Virus record (IMG/VR): IMGVR_UViG_3300032236_001645
Span: 1-64,000 of that record
Strand: one strand, 5' to 3'
Source of the DNA: a virus
DNA length: 64,000 nt
In this document: in pieces, positions 49,523 through 58,037 of the stretch
Numbering within the stretch: position 1 is the stretch's first letter
Layout: each line of letters begins with the position of its first letter
Position numbers and translations under genes: made by a program
Notes under the pieces: generated by a model
Seen by the model: only the letters and a program-made list of their open reading frames with translations
What the model was told of the DNA's origin: nothing
The model's database searches: none

Positions 49523-52500
49523 GGTTTATAAAAATTTAATTTTGAACCTATATTAATATATTTTGTGGCGTTTATTTTGAATATATCATCAGATTTTGCA
49601 TTATCTTGAGTTATAGTTGTATTGTTATTTGATGCAACATAACTAATTGTATTACTATTAGATCTTATAGGTGTTTTTGGTAAATTGACAGATGTTGTCG
49701 GTAGATTACTTATAAATGTATCAAATATGTTATAAAAATTTTGTGTAATGGGGGATAATAAATCATCTCCATAATTTAAATGAACTAATGGATCAACAAT
49801 ATCTTTTTTGTCATTAACTAAAAGATATTTTAAAACAGATGTCAAATGTTCGGTATCAATTAATCCTCCTGAACCAAAATTATTATAATCAAAATTTGAA
49901 TCGTAACAATCGGTTATTACTGTATGAGTTGCATTTAAAAAATCTAAACCATTTTTATACTCATTTACAAAGTCAGAATTTACAAAAGATGACAATTGGA
50001 TTTTATTTATAGTTGTACCGGTAATTTTAGCGTCATAACCAGAATATATATAATTTAATTTATCTATAGTTGAGATTAATTCGTTTCTTGTTTTTTCAAC
50101 ATCATTAACTGATACTGCAGTTGTCAAATCGGTTATGTGCTTATTTATTAAATCTGTTACTATTGGTTTTAAAGTTTCTTCATATAAATTATTCAAATCA
50201 GAACTACCTAAATCAAAACCAAAAATACTCATTAAATCATTATTGGTTATTGCGTCCTCCATTTCAAATATTAATCTTCTACTATAAGTTGGAATGTCAT
50301 TTAATCCACTATATAACCCTAATAAATTAATTGTTGCATATCCTTGTACGTCAATTTCATTTATTGTTCTATAAGCATCGGAGAAAAACATACCATTAAT
50401 TTCAGGACCATATGTTTTGTAAATGTTCTCATATGATGATTTATATGATGTTGTATAATTTACTACTTTATTGAAAAAATCATCAATAAGAGTTGTATAA
50501 TCTAAACTATTTCCGCTACCTAAACCTATGTAATTACCCTCTACTTGTCCTTGAGCACCATTTGCATTAATAGGACTTTTTTGTTTATCAAAATCTTTTT
50601 GTAATGATTCAAGGAAACTTTTTGTAAATTTATCTTTATTTTGATCGGCAATATTACCATCTGTTGGTATACTTCTTTCATCATACATTTCGGTGTTTGC
50701 AAAGAAATTGGATGATAATGCGTTTTGTAATTTTTCAACAGGTTTATCCAAACCTTGTCCACCAATAAAACTAACTTGTAAAGTCACATTTGCAATCATT
50801 GGTTGTACGCCAATTCCTTCAGGATTTAAATCCCATACTCCATCTTCATAAGTTATATTAACATCTTTAATTATAATTTTTGAGTGATAAAAATCACCAA
50901 TTCTCAACACACAAATAGGTGGAGGACCGAATGATGTATTTCTCGCATTCAAATCATTTACATCATTAATTCCTTTAACAGGAATAGTATCACCAGGTCT
51001 CACACATTGTAATAAGAATGTCAAACGACTATTCAAACCTTCAGGTGTTGTTGAGTGGAAACCAGGGTGAAAATATTTTAATTTTTCAGTTAAACTTTTA
51101 AATTGTACCGGTGATGTTTCTTCAAGTTTCTTAAAATAAAAACATTCAGATAATGTTTTCATAATAATTCTTTTCATAACATCAATGTTAGGTTTTTGAT
51201 TCGTTATTGAAACACTATCTTTTGATATTTGTATTTTCGGTACTTGAATATTTTGAGGATCTTTTTTCTTTTCACCATCAAGGATAGGTGTATAATTAAT
51301 ATTAACTTTTCCTTCTCTACAATAAAATGCTTGTGGAGCGGTTATTTTTAAACTTGGTGTATTAAATTTTTTACTACAATCAACAGTTACCAAATCTCCC
51401 ACATTACTTAATTTAGCATTCTCTCCCCAAGTTGTTAAATTAAAAATAACATTACCATCCATTTCATAACCAAAATCTCTAAATGATGCTTGGTAAGTTC
51501 CTAATTGAAATGCCGTTGATGATTTTACACCATCTAATACTGATTGATCAGTTGGTTTGAACCAAGTAGAATTTGGTGTTTTACCATTAGAAATTTTATC
51601 AATAATATATTTGAATATAGCATGTAATCTTCTAATTCCTAAAAAGAAATTTTTAGATTCATCACCAGCTTCTGAAGTTGTTGTAAAAATAGTTATTGTA
51701 ACATCACCACCTATTGTTTTACCACTAAGATGATTTACAAGTTCATTCAAAGAATCATTAAATGCGGTAAATCCCGTTGATAATTCATTAAAACCATTAT
51801 TAATATTATCTACTAATTGTTGAACACTTTCAGGTACATATGTTAATAATCCTCCAAATAATATTTCAATATCAGACGCATCACTTAAACCGTTGTTTGA
51901 TACTGTATTAGTAAATGTTGACACAAAAGTAGATTGTTGTCCAGAATAATTTGATATTATTGAAAGTAAATCTTCAGTAGCTTCCGTATCAGTTCCAGAT
52001 GGTATATCATTAGGAAAATATATAGTTTCAGTATTATCTATTGGTGGTAATGAATTATTTGCGTCTGATTGATTTTTATTTTCAACTGTTACAGGTGTTG
52101 AAGTGTACTTATAAGTTGTAATTACATCTTTTACAGTACCCGCATTAAGATATTGTTGTATTAATTTAACATCATTAGGATCTAATGTTGTGTATGTTTG
52201 AACTAATGAATAAAAATCTAAATCTTGTACTCCCGCAAAAAATGCATTTATGTAGTTGTCAGCTTCTTCATCTGACATTCCTTTAAAATGTTCTCTAACT
52301 AATAAATTAATTACACTAGGATGATCTACCACCACTTTAAAAGAAACTTGTCCAGTTCTTTCTGTATATTGATAAGTGTAAATTGGTTCAGGTCTTCCAA
52401 TAAATTTATTACCATCCCAACTCGCATTGTTTTGTTCTGAAACTTTTAAATCATATGGAGGAAACCACATAACTCTACCTCCATTATTACCTCTTTCGCA

Positions 52501-54288
52501 AGCCGGTAAATCTGCAACTGTAAAGTTATTGGTGTTGGACGTTTTCCATGCTAAGTTCTCAATTGAAAACATATATTTTTTAGCATAAAAATCACCTTGT
52601 CCTTTATTTTTCTCTTGTATATTTGTTGAAGTATCAAATGATTTTTTACCATCAGACATTGGTGCAATATTCAAATTCCAAGTGTTATCTAATACACTTG
52701 AATTAAACCTTCTGATATTTGAACGACGATATTTTCTTGCGGATGATTTATAAACTTTTCCTTGTTTTGCCTCTTTTGAATTTTCAGCAAGTGGTTGAAC
52801 ATCATTGTAAGTTAAATAAGGACGATCTTTAGTCCACACTCTAGCATATTCAACACCACTTTCTTGTCCTGTGAATTTGTCTGTATATTTAACCGCAGAA
52901 CCTCTTGAAATACTAACATCTCCCTCTCTAAAAACTCTACTTGTCTGATCTATCACATTTGCAACGTGTGAACGTGCAGCACCACCATCATGTGGCATAC
53001 TTTGTAATAATTCTTGAGTTAATCCTAATATTGAATCTCTTCTATATTTTGTATTTGTGGATAATGTTTGATTAAATGTAGATGCATTAGATTGCCAACT
53101 TTGATTATTTGCACCTAATGTATTTCTTGAATTTTTACTAATCCAAGTTAATCCACCTTCATATTTTCCACCATCCGAATAATTCTTATCACTATGAAAA
53201 TACCTTGTTGCATCAGCGTCAAACATTAAACTTAGATAATAACTACTTCTAACTTGTCTATCCCAAAAATCTGATATTGAATATTTTACATCGTCATATT
53301 TGTCATCACCAATATAAACCGAACCAGGTAATTGAATACCTGAATTTAATTGTATTCCATTTTGTAAAAAATTTTGTATCTCATTTCCTAAAGTATAATT
53401 TGGTGAATACTTTGAATAACTTAACAAATCAAATAATCTACTTTTTTGTCCTTGCCCCATATATTGTATTAATATATCTGAAGGTCTTGGGCTTATACTT
53501 GGTTTTCCTTGTAAACCAAACATAGATGATACTACGTTAGTTGCGTCATTTAATAATGTACCAATTTGTAATGGATTTTGAGCATTATAATTTAACGGAT
53601 TTGCTGGATTACTTAAATAATCACCTGGTATAATACTATAAGGAACTGAAGTTCCATTTACCGCAGTTAAAAAATCAGTAGGTATACCACTTGCATTATT
53701 TGGATCTACAGTAATTGAATTATTAGCTTCAACTAAAGGTTCTCTACCTGTAATAATATTTAATGCGGCTGCAGTATTACCATTTAAAGCATCTAACAAC
53801 CTATTTTTACCTAAAGTAGATTTTGCAACGTTTTGTGCAATTCTTGAAAAAACAGGACCTTTATTGTCTGTCTTTATATAGTTTGATGCAAATTTAATTA
53901 ATTCAGATTCGTTATTATAATTTGAATTGTTTATAACACTAACCAAATTATAATCTCTCCAAGAATCTAATACATTATTTGTAAGTCCATAATCGGACGA
54001 TTTAAAATAGGGATATAGACTTAAGTTTGACTTTCTTGGTAATGTATCAATTGTATCATTGATAAAATATTCTTCGGGTTTATATGTATTTTTAGTACTA
54101 GCAACCAATAAATCATTAGTTCTATTACTATCAACATTACCCTGTTTTATATTAGCAAAATTATTTAAATTTTGTTCAGGATATGAAGTACTATTAAAAG
54201 TTTGAGGACCATTAGGTTTTTGTAATGTTTTACCTAATATAAAGTCTCTAAACTTTTTGGTTGAATCAAAATCTAAATTACTCGGCAT
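49519..54288 (-). CDS. large baseplate/tube-initiator protein with an inserted OmpA-like segment
   Basis: SEQNNASWDGNKFIGRPEPIYTYQYTERTGQVSF...PPICVLRIGDFY tube-initiator-like motifs. Confidence 0.6.
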   Translation of the reverse strand: MPSNLDFDSTKKFRDFILGKTLQKPNGPQTFNSTSYPEQNLNNFANIKQGNVDSNRTNDLLVASTKNTYKPEEYFINDTIDTLPRKSNLSLYPYFKSSDYGLTNNVLDSWRDYNLVSVINNSNYNNESELIKFASNYIKTDNKGPVFSRIAQNVAKSTLGKNRLLDALNGNTAAALNIITGREPLVEANNSITVDPNNASGIPTDFLTAVNGTSVPYSIIPGDYLSNPANPLNYNAQNPLQIGTLLNDATNVVSSMFGLQGKPSISPRPSDILIQYMGQGQKSRLFDLLSYSKYSPNYTLGNEIQNFLQNGIQLNSGIQLPGSVYIGDDKYDDVKYSISDFWDRQVRSSYYLSLMFDADATRYFHSDKNYSDGGKYEGGLTWISKNSRNTLGANNQSWQSNASTFNQTLSTNTKYRRDSILGLTQELLQSMPHDGGAARSHVANVIDQTSRVFREGDVSISRGSAVKYTDKFTGQESGVEYARVWTKDRPYLTYNDVQPLAENSKEAKQGKVYKSSARKYRRSNIRRFNSSVLDNTWNLNIAPMSDGKKSFDTSTNIQEKNKGQGDFYAKKYMFSIENLAWKTSNTNNFTVADLPACERGNNGGRVMWFPPYDLKVSEQNNASWDGNKFIGRPEPIYTYQYTERTGQVSFKVVVDHPSVINLLVREHFKGMSDEEADNYINAFFAGVQDLDFYSLVQTYTTLDPNDVKLIQQYLNAGTVKDVITTYKYTSTPVTVENKNQSDANNSLPPIDNTETIYFPNDIPSGTDTEATEDLLSIISNYSGQQSTFVSTFTNTVSNNGLSDASDIEILFGGLLTYVPESVQQLVDNINNGFNELSTGFTAFNDSLNELVNHLSGKTIGGDVTITIFTTTSEAGDESKNFFLGIRRLHAIFKYIIDKISNGKTPNSTWFKPTDQSVLDGVKSSTAFQLGTYQASFRDFGYEMDGNVIFNLTTWGENAKLSNVGDLVTVDCSKKFNTPSLKITAPQAFYCREGKVNINYTPILDGEKKKDPQNIQVPKIQISKDSVSITNQKPNIDVMKRIIMKTLSECFYFKKLEETSPVQFKSLTEKLKYFHPGFHSTTPEGLNSRLTFLLQCVRPGDTIPVKGINDVNDLNARNTSFGPPPICVLRIGDFYHSKIIIKDVNITYEDGVWDLNPEGIGVQPMIANVTLQVSFIGGQGLDKPVEKLQNALSSNFFANTEMYDERSIPTDGNIADQNKDKFTKSFLESLQKDFDKQKSPINANGAQGQVEGNYIGLGSGNSLDYTTLIDDFFNKVVNYTTSYKSSYENIYKTYGPEINGMFFSDAYRTINEIDVQGYATINLLGLYSGLNDIPTYSRRLIFEMEDAITNNDLMSIFGFDLGSSDLNNLYEETLKPIVTDLINKHITDLTTAVSVNDVEKTRNELISTIDKLNYIYSGYDAKITGTTINKIQLSSFVNSDFVNEYKNGLDFLNATHTVITDCYDSNFDYNNFGSGGLIDTEHLTSVLKYLLVNDKKDIVDPLVHLNYGDDLLSPITQNFYNIFDTFISNLPTTSVNLPKTPIRSNSNTISYVASNNNTTITQDNAKSDDIFKINATKYINIGSKLNFYKP

Positions 54289-54312
54289 TTTATTTTATTA
54301 TAAATAGTTTTT

Positions 54313-56217
54313 TTATTTTTTTGGTGGACTTGTATATTCACCCAAATTTCTTTCCGCCCATTTATCAAACACATGTGTATTTCTTATTATATCTCTATTT
54401 AATGGTTCCATTACGTTATTTGATGTAAGTTGTATAGTATGGTTAACATTCACTGTTTGAGCCGTTTGATTTGTTGTTTGTGGTTGTTCAACAGGTTTCA
54501 AAGCCTCCATCATTTTTTCAAAATTATCATTAATGAATTTATTATTTGTTAAATCAAAAGGAGTTTTTTCTTTTGTATAATTTAACGCATCATCTTTAAA
54601 TTTTGTTAAAAATTTGGAAACATCACCATTACTTTCTTTAAAAGTATTAAGAAAATAATCTTTTGTACTTTGTGCTGTTTGCTTAACTTCTTTACCTAGA
54701 GAACCTTCTTGTAATCTATTACCGGCCTGTAGATACATTGCGGTTAAAATATCTTTAATTTGTGTAACTTCATTGTATTGTTGTCTAGCAATGTCTTCAG
54801 GTTTTTCATCCGCTAATTCTTGTTCAATTTTTGCCAATTGTTCTAATTGACTTCCGTTTAAACTATCTAACGCAACAAATCCTTGTTTTATACCACCTCC
54901 TAATTTAGCGGCAACATCTTTTGGTAAATCAATCCCAATTTTACCATCTTTCATTGTTGCAATATTTGAAACAAATTCTTTTTGTTCAGGACTAATATTT
55001 GGAAACATGTCAATTTTAGACATCGCTTCAAGTTTGTTTGCTCCTCTAACCGCCATATTTGTCAAGTCACCCACACTTACTCCTAACGCATCCGCCATTG
55101 CTCTTGCCTTTCTTAAATTAACACCAGTAATTTCAAATCTACCTTGTTCTGCATTATATGTTGCCAAACTTCTCGCAGCATCAACTAAACTTGTTTGTAA
55201 TGCCTCCACATTATTAGTCGCATCGTACATCGCTTTTAATGGATTAGCAAAATCACCTACAGCACCGCCAATTACTTGTAAATTAGCCGCCATGTCTATC
55301 GCTTTATCGGGATCAATTAATCTTTCCGCAACATCAAATGCTGATTGCATGTTAATATTTAAAGATTGAGATTCTTGTACCATTTTACCTAAACCATCAA
55401 TACCATTTTTGAATCCATAAAGATTCATTTTATCTAAATTTTTCATTAAGGTTTCACTAGCTTGTCTAGCATTTAAACCTAACGCATATGATCTATTTCC
55501 TATCCTTTCAATTGCAGCTGCGGCATCTCCCAAACCAATACCGACTCTTCTAAAATTTTCAGCATTATCTAATAAATCTCTTGATGTTTTTGTATATGCC
55601 TGTGACGCTTTAAATGCTGAATCTATGGTGTCTTTACTATATAACGCCATTCTACCTGAATCAGTCATTAAAGTTTTAGTAGCGTCTATATAATCATTTA
55701 CTGATACACCTAAGGCAACGGCTTCTGGTAAAGCTTCTCTTAATTCTTTAGCCATAGCACTACCTAAATCTCCTATCATACCTGCTTGTCCTTTAACATT
55801 CAAATTAAATTGATTGTTTAAAGACGCCATGTCCGCAAGAACTTCTGTGGCTTTTGTAACTCCAAAACTAACAAAATTCGTTAATAAAGTAATTGGATTA
55901 AGACTTAAAGTATCTGCTGCGTCTCCCATGAATTTTAATAAATCCGCCCTTATTTGATCGTTTTGTCTTGTATCAATAACAGATTTACTTAAACCACTAA
56001 TTGCATTACTAAAAATTCCTTTTGTACCCGTAGCGGCAGAAGATACCGCACCTGAAGCCATACCTGCAACTTTACTTATTGCGTTGTTTATGGTATTCAA
56101 AGCATTTGTTGCCTCAGTTGAACCCAAACCAAAACCCTTGGTTTTATCTTGGAAAAATCCTAATAATTTGTCACCCTGAGCACCTGTAAATCCACCACTA
56201 CCAAAAATTCCTTGCAT
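54313..56217 (-). CDS. tape measure protein (probable)
   Basis: Ala/Leu/Met-rich helical protein directly after tube and chaperone. Confidence 0.7.
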   Translation of the reverse strand: MQGIFGSGGFTGAQGDKLLGFFQDKTKGFGLGSTEATNALNTINNAISKVAGMASGAVSSAATGTKGIFSNAISGLSKSVIDTRQNDQIRADLLKFMGDAADTLSLNPITLLTNFVSFGVTKATEVLADMASLNNQFNLNVKGQAGMIGDLGSAMAKELREALPEAVALGVSVNDYIDATKTLMTDSGRMALYSKDTIDSAFKASQAYTKTSRDLLDNAENFRRVGIGLGDAAAAIERIGNRSYALGLNARQASETLMKNLDKMNLYGFKNGIDGLGKMVQESQSLNINMQSAFDVAERLIDPDKAIDMAANLQVIGGAVGDFANPLKAMYDATNNVEALQTSLVDAARSLATYNAEQGRFEITGVNLRKARAMADALGVSVGDLTNMAVRGANKLEAMSKIDMFPNISPEQKEFVSNIATMKDGKIGIDLPKDVAAKLGGGIKQGFVALDSLNGSQLEQLAKIEQELADEKPEDIARQQYNEVTQIKDILTAMYLQAGNRLQEGSLGKEVKQTAQSTKDYFLNTFKESNGDVSKFLTKFKDDALNYTKEKTPFDLTNNKFINDNFEKMMEALKPVEQPQTTNQTAQTVNVNHTIQLTSNNVMEPLNRDIIRNTHVFDKWAERNLGEYTSPPKK

Positions 56218-56248
56218 TGTGTTATATTACCTTTATGTAATAAATAGT

Positions 56249-56410
56249 TTATTCCATATTTTCTGTGAGAATGTTAATGATGTTTCTCCTTTCGTGAATA
56301 GGTAATATCAATACGTCTTTATAAGTAAAACCTTTACTTAAAAGAAATAAAATTTCAAATATTTGGGTTCTTTTATATTCCGTAGAAAGGACGAAAAAAT
56401 TCAACCCCAA
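56249..56410 (-). CDS. tail chaperone second segment (+1 frame; frameshift extension or TTG-start ORF)
   Basis: +1 frame reads ..FFVLSTEYKRTQIFEILFLLSKGFTYKDVLILPIHERRNIINILTENME*; no ATG start. Confidence 0.7.
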   Translation of the reverse strand: MGLNFFVLSTEYKRTQIFEILFLLSKGFTYKDVLILPIHERRNIINILTENME

Positions 56411-57119
56411 AGTCCACGTAAACTGGGACTACTTCTCCTGATGGGGCTGTTACTTCAACTAATAAATCTAAACCTGGTTTATTTTCACTAACAAATTTTT
56501 TGAATTCTTGTGAATCTTTAATTGGGAGATTTTGAATAAATTGATATATTGCCATCATTTCCCTATTACCGTCAATTTGTTTAATCATCATTTCAAGTCT
56601 TTTAGTCTGAATTGGTACAACGGCACTTGTAGATGATTCTCTAATTTTTTCTAATTCTTTTTCTTGTAAATTGTTTAAAAATTTAAATTTAATTGGTTTT
56701 TTACTAATTGGTAAATAAAATTCATATTCACCATTAGCATCGGCTTTCAAATTAAAATCTTTAACTTTTAAAACTGATAAATCTAAATTAGTTTCAAATT
56801 CTTTATTTGTTGCAGGATCAGTCAATTTAACAGTATAATCTGAACCAAACGCGGTATTTCTTAAAAATATTAAAATCGCTTGTCTATCTTCAATTACTAA
56901 CTCATCTAAATTGAAATCTTTATCTAATATTTTTCTTTTTAATAATTCATCTAATACACTATCACTTTGTATTAAATTTTGTGAGGTAAGAATATTCTCA
57001 TCGGATGCCGTTAAATAAGCAATTCTCAATGATTTTCTATTATTACTATAATGTACTCCTTTACTTGGTAGTTCAACTACGTCGTAGGCAATTGTTGGAT
57101 CTATTCTATTATCTTCCAT
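56373..57119 (-). CDS. tail assembly chaperone / baseplate hub assembly protein (T4 gp26-like)
   Basis: VVELPSKG, YLTASDENIL, DRQAILIFLRNTAFG, ending EFFRP; lies between tube and tape measure. Confidence 0.8.
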   Translation of the reverse strand: MEDNRIDPTIAYDVVELPSKGVHYSNNRKSLRIAYLTASDENILTSQNLIQSDSVLDELLKRKILDKDFNLDELVIEDRQAILIFLRNTAFGSDYTVKLTDPATNKEFETNLDLSVLKVKDFNLKADANGEYEFYLPISKKPIKFKFLNNLQEKELEKIRESSTSAVVPIQTKRLEMMIKQIDGNREMMAIYQFIQNLPIKDSQEFKKFVSENKPGLDLLVEVTAPSGEVVPVYVDFGVEFFRPFYGI

Positions 57120-57163
57120 AATATAAGTTTATACTATAACTATGATAAAGTAAAGATTTAAAT

Positions 57164-57197
57164 AAAAAAACCGACACCCATTACTGGTATGTCGGTT
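57164..57197 (-). terminator. Rho-independent terminator after the tail tube gene
   Basis: AACCGACA...TGTCGGTT followed by a T-run. Confidence 0.8.
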
Positions 57198-57219
57198 CAT
57201 ATAGTATTTTATTTTAATA

Positions 57220-57708
57220 TTAGTATACTAAGATACATCTATCAGGTCTCAAAGAACAAGTGATAGTTGCTAACGCATCGTTGTTGTAGTCTAATTCTTG
57301 GAAGTCAAGGTTAGTTAAGAAAGTACCTTGTAAAATCCATTTTTCAACAACCACACCTGTCGGATCTAACATTTCTAATTCAATATCTTTTTTGTAACCA
57401 GCAGCATATCCCATACGTCCTGTAACTGATTCTGCATGTAAACGGAACCATTCCATTAAAGCTTGAGAAGCTGAAGGACCGATTGGATCTTTGAATGTTA
57501 CTCTAATCTCTTCCCATTCAAATCTACCAGCAACATATGTTGAAGTGTTTAAAAACGGAATAGGCACTGAATTGATTTTAGCAGCGGGTCTTTTAGTTGA
57601 AGTCACATACCATTCATTTATACCCAAAGTTGATGGGAATCTTAAGATGAATCGGTTGACTCTTTTCGGTTCGTAAGGAACCGGCATTTTCATTAGTAAA
57701 TCTGCCAT
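57220..57708 (-). CDS. tail tube protein (gp19-like)
   Basis: EPKRVNRF, AGRFEWEEIRVTFKDPI, ALMEW, YKKDIELEMLDPTGVVVEKW. Confidence 0.9.
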   Translation of the reverse strand: MADLLMKMPVPYEPKRVNRFILRFPSTLGINEWYVTSTKRPAAKINSVPIPFLNTSTYVAGRFEWEEIRVTFKDPIGPSASQALMEWFRLHAESVTGRMGYAAGYKKDIELEMLDPTGVVVEKWILQGTFLTNLDFQELDYNNDALATITCSLRPDRCILVY

Positions 57709-57837
57709 GTTGTATTTGTTAAGTTTTTTAAGTTATTTACTTTCTTATAAATATATCAGTATTGGAAAATAATTTTTTTAAAAATTTTTATTCGGAATAC
57801 TTGATAATGTCAAATATTTTTCGTAGTTTTTTACAGG

Positions 57838-57933
57838 CTCCAGTATCTAGTTCCAGAATAAATCACTAATATAAAATATCTAGTTAATAAATATATTAAA
57901 ACTAGTTCTAGAATATACTAGATAATACTGGGC
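57838..57933. repeat. CTAG-rich direct/inverted repeat cluster, candidate replication origin
   Basis: Five CTAG in ~75 bp; TATCTAGTT twice; CCAGTATCTAGT...ACTAGATAATACTGG imperfect inverted repeat. Confidence 0.4.
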
Positions 57934-57957
57934 AACATTATAATTTTTTTTAATTTG

Positions 57958-57973
57958 TGTTCCACGTGGAACG
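57958..57973. promoter_or_regulatory. parS: parS-like centromere site TGTTCCACGTGGAACG
   Basis: 14-bp perfect palindrome GTTCCACGTGGAAC matching the bacterial parS consensus TGTTNCACGTGNAACA at 15/16; intergenic. Confidence 0.7.
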
Positions 57974-57981
57974 TTCTACAA

Positions 57982-58014
57982 TAAAAAAAGGAAGGTATCA
58001 CTTACCCTCCTTTT
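57982..58014 (-). terminator. Rho-independent terminator after the sheath gene
   Basis: AAAAGGAGGGTA-AGTGA-TACCTTCCTTTT followed by Ts. Confidence 0.75.
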
Positions 58015-58037
58015 CCTTTTTTATATCTCCTTTTAGA

